Origin: an uncultured Planctomycetota bacterium
Lineage (GTDB): Bacteria > Planctomycetota > Planctomycetia > Isosphaerales > Isosphaeraceae
Assembly: GCA_963845755.1 (NCBI GenBank)
Contig: CAWJTV010000011.1
Location: 320,001 to 384,000 of the forward strand
Length of the DNA: 64,000 nucleotides
Direction of reading: 5' to 3'
The translations under genes and the position numbers were made by a program. Below the pieces are notes generated by a model. The model worked only from the letters and a program-made list of their open reading frames with translations. It was not told where the DNA came from and made no database searches. Of this stretch, positions 28,935 through 40,304 are shown one piece after another. Each line of letters begins with the position of its first letter. Within the stretch, counting starts at the first letter, position 1.

Positions 28935-30167
28935 TCACTCGTCATCGGTGTCGGACGACTCGCGGGCGGCGGTCTCATCGCGACGGGCCTGGATCCGTTC
29001 GAGGTTGCGCCTCAGGACGCCCAGGCCGTCGTCGCCCTCGATATATTCGCGGAACGGCAGGGCCAGGCGGAGCAATTCGGGATGGGTGGTCCCGACGTCG
29101 TCGATGGCCTGTCTGAGGGTCTCGAGGAACTCCTCGAGCCCCTCCTCGGGGAGTCGCGTGCCGCACGACGATCGCCTTGAGCTCGACGAGAGAGGCCGGC
29201 GCGGGCGCGGGGCAGGAGCGGCCGCCGCGGTCGCGGGCGGCGAGGCACCGGCGCGGGAGGCGACGAGGGTCCCGGCGGCAGCGGTGCGGTCCGTGGCCGA
29301 ATCGCGATCGCGAGCGGCGTGCGATTCGGCATCCCGATTGCGCCGGCCGGCTTCGATGGCCTGGATCAATTGCTCCTGGGCCTCGGCGACATAGGCCGCC
29401 CAGTCGGTCGAGAAATCCTGGCGGAATGCCTCGATATAGCCGGGCTCGTACTGCCGGGACAGGTACTTGAGCTGGTGGAAGACCCGGTGCGAGAGGGCCT
29501 GGAGTTCCTCGGTCATCTCGGCGTCGCGATCGTGGGATGCCTGGTAATAGCGGAAGCGGCCGATCCAGACCTTGAGCCGGGCGTACTGTTCGAGCTTGCC
29601 CAGCGAGCCGTAGGCGTTCATGCCGGCGTCGACCTCGTGGGACAGGAGCTGGAGCTGCCCGCCGGGGAAGTGCGCCTCGGCATCCCAGAGCAACCGGTCC
29701 TCGGCGGCGAACTGCTCGGCCAGCTCGGGCTGGAGCCGGTCGATCTCCCGGCGGAGCTGGCGATACTGATCGGTGGCTCCCCGGAGCTCGCGCCGCGCCT
29801 CTTCCACCTCGCGCGTCACCTCTTCCACATCCAGCCGCGTCTGTCGCCGCGTTCGCTCGATCTCCGCCTGCGACGCCGCGATCAGCCGCTCCGCGTCGGC
29901 CTCGGACGCCAACGACGATTTGTACAAGGCCAGCTTGCGCACCAGCTCTTTGAGCAACTGCTCGTCGGTATCGGCCTGCTCCAGCGCCCGCATGCCGGTC
30001 GGCCGCACCACACGCAGCCGCTCCACCGCGCACCGCGCCCGCAGCTCCGCCGTACGGAACAGCTCCGCGGCATGTTGCGTCTCCCCCTCGATCTTACGCG
30101 CCCGTGTCTTCGCTTCCGCCTGGCGGACTAACTCCGAAAGCTTTTCCAAGGCTGGGGTCATGGTCAT
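28935..30167 (-). CDS. Coiled-coil hypothetical protein
   Basis: E/R/Q-rich helical ORF from MTMTPALEK; possible compensating indels near 29150-29230. Confidence 0.75.
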   Translation of the reverse strand: MTMTPALEKLSELVRQAEAKTRARKIEGETQHAAELFRTAELRARCAVERLRVVRPTGMRALEQADTDEQLLKELVRKLALYKSSLASEADAERLIAASQAEIERTRRQTRLDVEEVTREVEEARRELRGATDQYRQLRREIDRLQPELAEQFAAEDRLLWDAEAHFPGGQLQLLSHEVDAGMNAYGSLGKLEQYARLKVWIGRFRYYQASHDRDAEMTEELQALSHRVFHQLKYLSRQYEPGYIEAFRQDFSTDWAAYVAEAQEQLIQAIEAGRRNRDAESHAARDRDSATDRTAAAGTLVASRAGASPPATAAAAPAPRPRRPLSSSSRRSSCGTRLPEEGLEEFLETLRQAIDDVGTTHPELLRLALPFREYIEGDDGLGVLRRNLERIQARRDETAARESSDTDDE

Positions 30168-30681
30168 CTCTCGTACTCTAATAGGGGATCGGAGATTATT
30201 CGGTCCTACACCGGTGCTCGACCGCGCCTCCCGTCCGGCAGCAACCGTCGTCTCTTCACTTTCCATCGCGCCACATCCTGTAATGCAATCACGTCGCCTA
30301 GCTATGGTGATTCGCATATAAGTTGACGTCAGTCTGTACGCGGATCGAGCCGTGAATGCATCATACAGCACGGGCGGTCAAAGTTGAACCCGGCGGGGAA
30401 GGCGAGGAGGTGGATTGGCATCTTGGAGTGGCCGGCTGATCCTCCCGGGTTCCGTGAGGGTGTGCGAGAAGGTGATGAGGGGCGGGGTGGGCCGAGCCGC
30501 GACTCCCCGCGGCGCGGTCCACCGAGACCGCTCAACCGGAACGCTCGTGGAATGTCGAGCAGGCGCCCGAGGTCAAGCTCAGTCTCACCAATCCGGGAAA
30601 TCGCGCCGGCGAGGCCATCGGCTTGCAGGTCTGGTTTTCGCGTCATCGACGATCCGAGGCCATCCTCCGAGCCGGCCGCCC

Positions 30682-31380
30682 TCACTGTCTCGGCACCGTC
30701 AGCGGCTTGCCGTTGTCCTTGGGTCCTAACCCGAGCAAGAACGGGATGGCGGCCCTGGCCCATTCTTCGGGGCCGGGATATTCCGATGCCGACTCGCCGA
30801 AGCAACTGCGGAGCATTTCGGTATCGATGATGCCGGGATTGAGCGGGACGGCGGCGAGCCCAGGCGGGAGTTCCTCGGCCAGCGCGCGGGTCAGGCCCTC
30901 GATGGCCCACTTGGTCGCGCAGTAGGGGGCGACCTCAGGCGACGTCGAGCGGCCCCACCCCGAGCTCATGTTGACGATCACGCCCGAGCCCCGCGCGATC
31001 ATTGCCGGCACGAGGTGGCGGATCACGTTGACGACCCCTTTAATGTTCACGTCGATCACCAGGTCGAATTCGGCGACGGGGACCTCCCAGAGTGGCGCGT
31101 TGGCGTTGATCAGCGCGGCGTTGTTGATCAACAGGTCGGGCGGTCCGTGCTCGGCGAGGATGCGATCGGCCCAAACCTGGACCGCCTCGTCGTGGGTCAC
31201 GTCGAGGGTCGCGAAATCGTGCGGACGCCCCAGCACGGCGCTGTGTCGAGCGATCGCCTCGCCCGATCGCCCGCAGCCGATGACCGTGTGTCCGGATCGC
31301 GCCAGACCCTCGGCCAGCGCGCCCCCCAGCCCCCGGGTCACTCCCGTGATCACGATGACTCGAACGGTTGCCTTTGCCAT
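30682..31380 (-). CDS. SDR family oxidoreductase
   Basis: ITGVTRGLG, LINNA, YCATK (YxxxK). Confidence 0.92.
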   Translation of the reverse strand: MAKATVRVIVITGVTRGLGGALAEGLARSGHTVIGCGRSGEAIARHSAVLGRPHDFATLDVTHDEAVQVWADRILAEHGPPDLLINNAALINANAPLWEVPVAEFDLVIDVNIKGVVNVIRHLVPAMIARGSGVIVNMSSGWGRSTSPEVAPYCATKWAIEGLTRALAEELPPGLAAVPLNPGIIDTEMLRSCFGESASEYPGPEEWARAAIPFLLGLGPKDNGKPLTVPRQ

Positions 31381-31510
31381 GCCGCATCCTCCGAAATCGT
31401 TTGAATCTCGAATCCGGAATTCCCCGGACACGCTCATCGCCCAGGGCCCCCACCGAGGTAGAATCTATACCCGGAACGCCGACCACTGACCACTGACCAC
31501 CGAGGACGCG

Positions 31511-32226
31511 ATGAGATTACGAACGATCGGGCTATCCGGCTTGCTAGCGATCGCGATCGGTATCCCGCAAACCCGCGCCGACGACCCCGAGAATGCGCTC
31601 ACGCTCGAGGAGAAGAAGGACGGCTGGATCCTGCTCTTCGACGGCCAGACCCTGGACGGCTGGAAGACCAGCAGCGGGCGGCCCAGCAAGGTGCCGGTCG
31701 AGGAGGGGTCCATCAATCCGCACGGGTGCGGCGGATACATGATGATCCCCCAGAAGACCTGGGGCGACTTCGTCCTGTCGCTCGACTTCAAGATCAGCAA
31801 GGGATGCAACAGCGGCATCTTCATCCGGACCTTCCCACTCACCCCGCGCCGGGCAAGGACGTCGGCTTCAACGGCATCGAGGTCGCCATCGACGACACCA
31901 CCACGGCCGGCCATCACGACACCGGCGCTTTCTACGACCTGGTCAAGCCGTCGCGGAACGCCATGAAGCCGGTCGGCGAATGGAATCACATCGAGATCAC
32001 CTGCGACGGGCCGAGGCTCTCCGTCGCGCTCAACGGCGAAACGGTCACCCGGATGGACCTCGACCAATGGACCACGCCGAATCGCCGCCCCGACGGCTCG
32101 GAGCACAAGTTCGACGTCGCCTACAAGGACCATCCTCGCTCCGGCTACATCGGGCTCCAGGACCACGGCTCGGAGTGCTGGTACAAGAACATCAAGATCA
32201 AGCCGTTGAAGCCGTCGAAATCGTGA
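31511..32226 (+). CDS. DUF1080 (3-keto-disaccharide hydrolase-like) secreted protein; frameshift near 31848
   Basis: GWILLFDGQTLDGW, NSGIFIR, GEWNHIEI, GYIGLQDHG..WYKNIKIK. Confidence 0.9.
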
Positions 32227-32296
32227 GGGATTCCGGCACGTTTTGATTCTTCGCTCCGGCTGACGAGTCGCCGCGGCGCGTCGTAGGTCCGTTCGC

Positions 32297-32989
32297 TCAG
32301 GCCGTTTGGCGGGCCGCAGCCAGCCTGGCGACGAACGCCGCGTGTTCGGGCGTGGCGCAGCCTCGCTCGACCACGGCACGGAGCTGCCGCCAGTCCCTCG
32401 CCAGGAGGGCGGTTGGGTCGAGCCAAAGACCGGGAAAGACCTCGGAGCGATAGATGCCGTCGGGGCCGGGTTCCAGGTCGACGAACCGCCCGTTGCGCAG
32501 CACGAACCAGTAGATCTCGTCGGGCTCGATCGCGCGCACGACGTACTCCTGTACGCCGACCCGCTCGTAATCCTCGAACTTCGGCCCGAGGTCGGTATAC
32601 CGCGATGTGTGCGAGACCTCGACGAGCAACTCGGGGACACCGTCAACAAACCGGGGATGGGTCTTCGTCCGGCCTCCGCATTCCGGCAAGATCCGAAGCA
32701 ACACATCGGGCTGGGGTTCGCTCTTCAGTCCCAGGGCCGTTAACGCATTGTCCAGGGCTTCGACCCCCGGGGTGTTTTCCAGGTAGTAAATGATCCACGC
32801 GTTCGTGGGAATATGGGCACCAGCGTGAGCGGGACCGAAGGGACTGGGCATGAGGACCACACCGTTAATCAACTCGGCCTTTGTGCCCGGCGGCATCGCT
32901 TCGTAGAGCGCGTGGAACGTGGGTTGGTCGAGCCGCTGGCCGTCGACAAGCGTGCGGGAGGAGGAAGACAAAGTGGATCGAGACGACAT
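32297..32989 (-). CDS. Uma2 family endonuclease-like protein
   Basis: KAELINGVV.MPSP, EPQPD, PELLVEVS, YERVGVQEY, SEVFPGLWLD. Confidence 0.9.
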   Translation of the reverse strand: MSSRSTLSSSSRTLVDGQRLDQPTFHALYEAMPPGTKAELINGVVLMPSPFGPAHAGAHIPTNAWIIYYLENTPGVEALDNALTALGLKSEPQPDVLLRILPECGGRTKTHPRFVDGVPELLVEVSHTSRYTDLGPKFEDYERVGVQEYVVRAIEPDEIYWFVLRNGRFVDLEPGPDGIYRSEVFPGLWLDPTALLARDWRQLRAVVERGCATPEHAAFVARLAAARQTA

Positions 32990-33204
32990 CGCGGTGATCT
33001 CCTCTTTGAGGCGCGATTGGACCACATCCATTGTAGACCAAAATCCACCGGTCCGCCAAGGCGAGCGCACGGCACAAGTCCGCGCCCGAGACATGCCGGC
33101 TCCTCTCGATAAGACCCTTGAGTCCCGCAGTCGCCCAGCGTTACAATACATCGCGACATTTGTCGGAGACATGGGCCGGCTGGATCAAACGGGGAGGACG
33201 AGCG

Positions 33205-34918
33205 ATGGTGACCCGACGAGTCATCGCGGTGTGGTTGATCGGGGTCGCGCTGAGTGTCGTGGCGGCCGGAGACGAACCGCGGAAGGTATCGGGCCGGGTG
33301 CTCGACGCGGCCGGCCGGCCGGTGGTGGGCGCCGAGGTTGCCACGATGTGGGACGGTGTCGGCGGAACGGCGATGCGCCCGTTTCACGGTGTGCGAACGG
33401 ATGCCGACGGCCGATTCACGCTGGAGGTCAACTTCTGGCAAGGCTATAAACCGTTCCTGGCCTACAACCGGGAGCACACGCGCGGGGGCCTCGTCATCGT
33501 CGATCCCAAGTCGTCCGGCAAACTGGTGGAGATCCGGCTTGGGCCGCTGGTGCAAGTTCACGGCCGGTTCTCTTGCGACGAGCTTGGCGAGCGGCCCGAT
33601 TGGACGAACGTCTACATGAACGTGATGCCGGGCCGGCTGCCGGTCCCGCAGGTCCTGAACAAGCTGGCCCCCAGTCCGCTCCGGCTGGTGCAGTGCACGT
33701 CCGGGCAAGCGGCGTTCGCATTCCTCCTTCCGGCCGGTCATTACCAGTTCCATGGCTACGGCAACTTCTCCGATTATCACGCCATCCGCCGTGTGATCGA
33801 GGTCAAGGCCGACGAGCCCGACCTCGACCTGGGAACAGTTCAACCTGAAGCCGACGGACCTGGCCCGACGATATGGCAGGACCGCGCCGGCCCTGCACGT
33901 GACCGACGCCAAGGGGATCCGCAAGGACATCACGCTCGCCGATTTCCGCGGCAAGTGGGTGCTGCTCGAATTCTGGGCGACCTGGTGCGGGCCGTGCGTC
34001 TCGGCGGGGCTGCCCGCACTGGTCAAGTTGGACAAGGACCTCAGCGCCCACCGCGACCAGTTCGCGATCCTGACCGTCCATCACACCAGCGCCAAAACCC
34101 TCGATGAGCTACAGCCCCAACTGGAGCAGGTCAGCAAGACGTTCTGGAAGGGGAATCCCTTGCCCTTCCCGATTCTGCTCGACTCGACCGGTCAGACGAT
34201 CAAGGATTACGACGTGAGTGCCTACCCGACCGAGTTCTTGATCGACCCGGAGGGACGGCTGGTCCGGATTCACGAAAGGGCGGAGGAAATCCTGAAAGCG
34301 AAGCTGCTCGGACTCAGCCCGGGTCGCCAGGTCAGTCGGGACCTCGACCAGGAGCAGAACTTCGGCATCGACGCGATGCCGCTGGACCTGGCCCTCCATT
34401 ACCTGATCGGACAGAGATTCCCGGACGAGCCGCACCGGATTGCCGAGATGGTGACGGCGGCCGGCGTGGACCCCGGTGATCCCATCCCACTGACGCTCAC
34501 GGCGGAACTCAGCGTGCGGAGCTGGCTCGACTTGTTCCTGAGCCCGTTCGGCCTGAGCTACGAGATTCAGGATGACAAGCCGGTCATCATCCCGCGCAAG
34601 CCGGACACGGCCCCATCGCCACTTTCGGCCCGCCAGCGCGAGGCCGCCGAGCGGCTTCGTCACGTGCTGGAAAAGCGGCAGGCCTTCGACTTCCGCGGCA
34701 AGTCGCTGGCCGCGGTGGTCAAGGCCCTGGCCGAGCAGACCCAGGAGCCGATCGCGCTGGACCCGATCGCTCGCCGGAGCGGTACGATCGATCCCGAGGC
34801 GACCGTCACCGGCTCCGATCACGGCAAACCGCTGGGCGAGGCCGTGAGCGACCTGCTCCAGCCCCTGGGCCTGCGTCCCGTGATCCGCGATGAGGTGATC
34901 CTCCTGACCAGGCCCTGA
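33205..34918 (+). CDS. Secreted TlpA-like thiol-disulfide oxidoreductase with carboxypeptidase-regulatory-like and STN-like domains; frameshift near 33845
   Basis: Signal peptide, VSGRVLDAAGRPV; LADFRGKWVLLEFWATWCGPC; AYPTEFLIDPEG. Confidence 0.85.
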
Positions 34919-34942
34919 GCGCCATCGGACCGCCGGAGTCTT

Positions 34943-35581
34943 GTGATGACAGGGAAGCAGGTCCCACCGGTCCGGAGCTGGTCGACGCCGACGGTCCGCC
35001 AGATGATGAAGCTGGTGGTCTTCGCCGCGGTCGCATCGCTGTGCCTGGTGCCGGTGGTGCGCTGGGCCGAAATCGGCGCCGTAAGCTGGCCGTTCGCGGT
35101 CCTGATGGAAGCGGTGGCCATCCCGATGGTCCTCGCCATCGTCGCGTTCCCGCTGGTCAAGCGAGGTCCGCTCAAAGACTGGGTGATTCGAGCCTTGCTG
35201 CTGACGTCCGTCGGCGTCATCCTCGGCGCGGCGATTTACTCGATGGTCTGGGGAGCCGTCGGGCCACAGTCCCTCAATCTCTGGGCGCGCTCGACCGGCA
35301 TGACCGTGGGGTTCCTCCGAGAGGTCACCCTCGTGCTGGGAATTCCCTTTATCATCGTCGTGCAGCAGCTCGTACCCGGCCGCTGCCCCGCCTGCAACAA
35401 AACGCGACTGCTCCCCGACGCCCCGATCCGCGTTCCGCCCAGGCCTGCGCCGGCGCGAGCCTATCGGTGCCTCGCATGCGATGGGCGATTCTGGAAGAAT
35501 GCTGGCTCATGGAGCGCGGTCCCGGGCGACCTGACACTGGCCATGTCCAACCCATGCGGAGAGCGGGAACGCGTGGGTTGA
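34943..35581 (+). CDS. Membrane protein with C-terminal zinc ribbon
   Basis: 4 TM segments then CPAC...CLAC. Confidence 0.65.
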   Translation: MMTGKQVPPVRSWSTPTVRQMMKLVVFAAVASLCLVPVVRWAEIGAVSWPFAVLMEAVAIPMVLAIVAFPLVKRGPLKDWVIRALLLTSVGVILGAAIYSMVWGAVGPQSLNLWARSTGMTVGFLREVTLVLGIPFIIVVQQLVPGRCPACNKTRLLPDAPIRVPPRPAPARAYRCLACDGRFWKNAGSWSAVPGDLTLAMSNPCGERERVG

Positions 35582-35689
35582 GTGTGTACTCAGGGTCACC
35601 ATAGGCGCACCCTGGGTCGTTGCAAACGCGTCACTCCAACTTCGTCTCGTCAACCGTCTCGTCTTGAAGGTCTCCGCGTCTCCCCGCAC

Positions 35690-35977
35690 GTCGTCCCGGG
35701 TTGTCCCCGGTGAATCCACGCGCGGCTTCCAGACCTGATAGAGGCCGCGCGGCAGGGTGATCGGTCGATGCCGGTGGTCGATCACGGTCGCCCGCTCGGC
35801 AAGCACGCGCAGATACAGCGTCTCGCCCCGATCCAGCCGATCGGCCACTCCCGACCGATCCAGCCGATGACTGTGGCCCGTCGCTTCCCCTTCCACCACG
35901 ACCCATCCCGGCCGCTGGACCATATCACCCGGGATCGCCTCGATGGCCGTAATGAATAGATCACCATGCCTCCACAT
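35690..35977 (-). pseudogene. Degenerate small beta-protein of the 'RQGDV..EGE.TGH.H' type
   Basis: MWRHGDLFI...EGEATGHSH...HRPITLPRGLYQVW; 3' end eroded, endpoint approximate. Confidence 0.55.
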
Positions 35978-36060
35978 CGCTGGTCTCCTTCTCGGGGAGG
36001 ATCCGCGTCTGGGACAGACGCTACCCCTCCCATCGACCGGATCGTCCGATGTCGCGACAT

Positions 36061-36089
36061 AGTGTAAAACAGTTCAGTATCGATGTCAA
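36061..36089 (-). promoter_or_regulatory. Near-consensus sigma70 promoter
   Basis: TTGACA-17-TACACT on minus strand upstream of ATG 35977. Confidence 0.68.
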
Positions 36090-36169
36090 GAAAAAAGTCG
36101 CCCGGAGCCGGGATTTCCGAATCGATCGTCCGGCGGGGCGATCGTGGGGATTTGCGCGAATTCGACGGC

Positions 36170-36913
36170 CTACGACTTACCGACGACGGCCTTCAACGCC
36201 TCCTTGGCCAGCTTTGTGGGATAGGCGTCGGGATGGCCGGTGGCCATCTCCTTGAGGATCGCCACAGCATCGGGCGTGCCGAGGTGTTCCAGCAACACGA
36301 TGGCGCAGGATTCGCGGGTCCACTTCTTCTTCGGGATGCCCCAGGAATCCACGTTGATGCGCTCGATGCGATGTTCGGCCCACCACGAGTGGCCCGTCAA
36401 GGCCGTCTTGGCTGTGAAGTTGAACCCGTTCAGGACCGGTGCCAATTGGAGGTCCTGCTTCTCTTCCAGAGACCCGGCCTCACGTGCGCTCAAGACCTCG
36501 ACCATGCGCCGTCGGGCCGGGTATTCGGTGTAGCGATCCATCAGGGTCGGGAGATCGATAGCCAGTCGAGGATCGAAGTACTCGAGCTCTTCGAATGCCG
36601 GCTTCCATACCTTCTTATTGGCGCTGCCCAGCTTGAGAATCAGCGACTTGACCTGCCCGGACGAGATCGTGAGCGGCTTCATCCTCGACCTGAGGAAGGC
36701 GACCGCGCCGTTGGGCCGGTCAGACAGGTTGAGCAAGGCCCGGGTGGCGACCGTTTCTCCCTTCTCCAGGTCGGCCCACCAGGCTTCCATCGATTTGCCA
36801 TCGAGGGTCGTCGCCGGGGCTGCCCCGGTTGACGGGGAAACGACCACGACCCACGCCGCGATTCCGAGCGTAGCCACGATCAGGCCGGCGGCCTGGATTC
36901 GTGCGGAGACCAT
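36170..36913 (-). CDS. Membrane-anchored hypothetical protein with HEAT-like segments
   Basis: N-terminal TM; WADL, LLEHLGTPDAVAILKEMA. Confidence 0.7.
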   Translation of the reverse strand: MVSARIQAAGLIVATLGIAAWVVVVSPSTGAAPATTLDGKSMEAWWADLEKGETVATRALLNLSDRPNGAVAFLRSRMKPLTISSGQVKSLILKLGSANKKVWKPAFEELEYFDPRLAIDLPTLMDRYTEYPARRRMVEVLSAREAGSLEEKQDLQLAPVLNGFNFTAKTALTGHSWWAEHRIERINVDSWGIPKKKWTRESCAIVLLEHLGTPDAVAILKEMATGHPDAYPTKLAKEALKAVVGKS

Positions 36914-36927
36914 CGTCGGGAACCTCC

Positions 36928-37254
36928 TCAAAATCCATCGGCGCCGATCACGCCGAAGAAGATCCGGGTGATGAACCACAAGAGCAGTCCCGCGATCGCG
37001 ATGAAGGCCATCAATCGCCGGATCGAGACGATGCTCCTTCCCCTCAGGTTAAGCGACAGGAGCACGATCAGGAAGAGCCCCAGGAAGAACCCCGTGATCC
37101 CCCATCGGAGCACGCAGCCGATCTGGGCGATCTGGTCCGGCCCTTTGGCGATCGCCCGGAGCGTGCCCACGAGGAACCCGCCCATCAGCCCCCCGATCGG
37201 GAAGAGGATGGCGGCTGATCCACTCCTTGCGAGCTTCGCGGCGGGTTGATCCAT
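36928..37254 (-). CDS. Small 3-TM membrane protein
   Basis: Hydrophobic ORF with SIRRLM..IAI planctomycete-type motif. Confidence 0.6.
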   Translation of the reverse strand: MDQPAAKLARSGSAAILFPIGGLMGGFLVGTLRAIAKGPDQIAQIGCVLRWGITGFFLGLFLIVLLSLNLRGRSIVSIRRLMAFIAIAGLLLWFITRIFFGVIGADGF

Positions 37255-37405
37255 GATGACGCTCCGATCGAAGCGGGTGAGGCCCACGGCGTCCGACAGG
37301 CGTCGGACCTCCCCCATTGAATCGAGCGGAGCGTCGAAGGGCAAGAGCCTAGCGGACGATCTTGCGGCGCGCACGGCGGCGCTCGTCTCGGTCCTGTCCG
37401 GCTCG

Positions 37406-39068
37406 TCAGTTCGCCGGCGTCTTCTCGGCATTCGCGGCTTTCACGACCAGGAGCAGGGGACGGCGGCTCGCCCACTGGCCGGCCCCTTCGCGGCTGACGA
37501 GGTCGTAGCCGGACCAATTGGGTCCCCGGACATCTTCGCTGAGGAACCGAAGCAGGATGCCGTGCCCTTCGCGTTCGGCCTTGGCCTGGGCGCGAACCAG
37601 GGGCGTGATGTCGAAGAGCTTCCAGCCGTCCCCGGGTTCGAATTTGTAGGTCCCGAACGGCTCCGGAGCGTAGCGGGGATGTTGGCTCCAGTGGGCCATC
37701 TCGGGCCAATCGTCCAGGATCTCGAAGGCGTGGATCGGTCCGGTGGGTGGGTTCGAAGTGGTCTTGCGCGAATAGAGCGCGATCAGGAATTGCCGGTCGG
37801 ACGCGGCGGCTTCTTGTCGTGGGATCGTTCCGCACTCGATCAAGACCCGGACTCCGCCGCCGTTGTTCCCCATTCCGAAGTTGTCGACATGACCAAGATT
37901 CTGATCGGGGAGGTAAGCCAGGATCATGCAGTCCTTGGACACGGGGACAGCCCGAAGGATCGGCCCGGTCGCGCGTTTCGCCAGTTCCGGGTCAACCTCG
38001 GCGGATTGCGTTGAACCGGAACCCTTCTTCCTGGGCGATTTCGCCCGGCCGGTACCGGACTGTTGCGGCGATGGAGCAGCCGGTGCCGGTGAAGGCTCCG
38101 CCGCTGTCGCGGAACTGGGTTCCGGTCGGGGTGCCGCGATTGCGTCGGCTTCGAACTGGGGTTGCGCCTCGGCCGCGCGCTGGGTCAGCGCCACGGTTCC
38201 AACAGTCGCGATCGCGACGACGGCGACCATCACCGTCGTCGTGGTCTTTAACGATGTGAGCCACATGGTGGAGAGCACTCCGCGGGCGATGCTTTGGGCC
38301 GTCGCCGAGACGGCTCCGCCGGTCGCCTGGCCTGATTTCCCGAAGAGACGGGCGGCCCGCGCGATGGTCTCAACGGTGACCTCGGGCAGTCGGGCGGCGG
38401 CCGCGTCGGCGGCTGCGCCCACCGCGATCAGTCCGGTCAACAGCGTGACGCCGCGAAGGGTCAAACGGCGGCCGAGCAACTTTCGCGCCGAGCCAGCCGT
38501 CCTCGCACCGTGCTCTCGGCCAGTCGGAGCTGCCGGGCTGCCTGTTCCTGGGTCATCCCCTCGAGGTAGCAGACCACGATGGCCGAGCGGTAGGATCCCG
38601 GCAGGCGGCCGATCTCCTCGTGCAGGATGCGGACCCGCTCGTCCCGGCTCTCGCCCTCACCCGGCGGGCGATCCGCGATCGCGACGGACCGCTGGCAGGC
38701 CGCTTCGCCATCGCGGAGCCGCCGCGCGCGGCGGCCGTCCGCGCCTTGCGGGCCGTGCGCAGGGCGACCCCGTAGAGCCAGTTGCTCAAGTGCTCCCGAT
38801 CGCCGAGCGTCCACGCCTTGCGTGCCAGCACCAGGAATGTCGCCTGGAAGGCATCCTCCGCCGCGTGGATGTCGTGGAGCACCGTCTGGCAGACCCGCAG
38901 GACCATCGTCCCGTGTCAACCGACGATCGCGGCGAACGCCGCTTCCGCCGCCTCGTCGTCACCGTCCACAAACTGGCCCAGGAGCTGCGCATCGGTCAGC
39001 GTCCCCACGCTCCCCACGCGAAACAGTCGCTCGAGCTGCCACCCGGCTCCGATTCGTGTACCTCTCAT
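37406..39068 (-). pseudogene. ECF sigma-70 factor with TM and C-terminal DNRLRE/CBM96-like domain; in-frame TGA at 38916-38918 and frameshifts near 38720 and 38490
   Basis: TDAQLLGQF..AEAAF..V.*HG.MVLRVC..AEDAFQATFLVL; LP..YRSAIVVCYLEGMT..AA.QL; C-terminal WKLFDITPLV..GILLR..SREG..RPLLLV. Confidence 0.82.
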
Positions 39069-39206
39069 GGTCGCTCCGTTGGGTCGCGTCGCGTGGCCCG
39101 CTCCGTCTCTTCAAGGAGTACTGCCCGCCCCGGGCAACACCCTCACGCCACTTTCTGCAATTCTTGATGAAAGGCCGCGGCGCGAGGAAGCCGGACCCAA
39201 GGCGTC

Positions 39207-40100
39207 TCACTCGAGACTCGAAACGGCTTCTCCGCCGTTGCGGGTACCCAGGGCCTGCCAGGTCTGAAGGGCGATCGTATCTTTCATGAACGCGACGTGC
39301 CCGTCGGCGAAGAGGACGTTGGCCCCCGAGGAGTGCATGCTCCCCGCGGTCCAGGCGCCCTGCTGGACGAGTCCACCATTGGTGCACGTGTGGTCGTTGA
39401 TCCCGAGGATGTGGTTGTACAGAGTGTACCCGAACCCGGAGCTCGTCCAGTCCATGCCCTTGCCGAGACTCTGGAGCTGAGCAAGCTGCGGGTCCAGACC
39501 ATGACATGCCGCGGCGAATGGCGGGAGGTCCGTCTGACCAATCAGTTGGTTGGGGGTCGAGAAGACGGCCCGCTTGGGGTCCCGAACCTGGGGGTCGCCA
39601 TTGCCTCGGACCCACTCCGAGATGGCCGCCGTGTTGCTCAATCCGTCGGCGAAATCGCGGATGGAGGCGCCGAACGCCCCGTTCCGCACTCGGCCCGAGC
39701 TGGTGAACCCGACACCGCCGTTACCGGCGTAATTGTTGCCACCCGGCAGCCCCGCCGGCGCCTGGTCCGAGGGACACAAGAAAACGGCGATCGTGGTCAA
39801 CCGGGCGGTGAGTCCGGCGGGTGTCGCCGTCGTTGTATCCCGAGGGAGGTTGGCCAGGGTGGTCTGCTCGATCTCTCTCAAGAGCCGGAAGAGGCTGCCG
39901 GGTATGGACTCCGATCGGCTGACGTGGTTGTTGATGGCGACCCCGAGCTGGTGCAGGTTGCCAGCGCACTGCGCGCGCCGCGCCGCCTCGCGCGCCGCCT
40001 GCACAGCCGGGAGCAAGAGGGCCACCAGCACGCCGATGATCGCGATGACCACCAGCACTTCGATCGCGGTGAAGCCCGCGGGCGCGGTCCGCCGGATCAT
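39207..40100 (-). CDS. DUF1559 prepilin-type protein
   Basis: [42 protein letters not shown]. Confidence 0.92.
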   Translation of the reverse strand: MIRRTAPAGFTAIEVLVVIAIIGVLVALLLPAVQAAREAARRAQCAGNLHQLGVAINNHVSRSESIPGSLFRLLREIEQTTLANLPRDTTTATPAGLTARLTTIAVFLCPSDQAPAGLPGGNNYAGNGGVGFTSSGRVRNGAFGASIRDFADGLSNTAAISEWVRGNGDPQVRDPKRAVFSTPNQLIGQTDLPPFAAACHGLDPQLAQLQSLGKGMDWTSSGFGYTLYNHILGINDHTCTNGGLVQQGAWTAGSMHSSGANVLFADGHVAFMKDTIALQTWQALGTRNGGEAVSSLE

Positions 40101-40304
40101 GCTCGTCTCCCTCCCACAATCGACTGCACCGCACCACGCCGCGCCAGATCGAAGAGGACCGGCCCGGTGGGCGGTCATGACTCCCCCCCATCGTACCAGG
40201 CCGGCCCCGACCCGAAACCCCCCAGGCGTCAAGTCCGGCGCAGCGCGCGACGCACCGGTCCACGATCGCAGGGACACGGGGAGTCCCGCCACGACACCGC
40301 GGTG

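Noticed and set aside
28326..32989. Two Uma2 nucleases as a defence island
   Set aside because: Uma2 genes are commonly scattered in many copies in planctomycetes; no methylase or other defence genes adjacent
38916..38918. TGA as selenocysteine or recoded stop
   Set aside because: Position corresponds to a conserved Arg, not Cys or Trp, and TGA ends many other genes here
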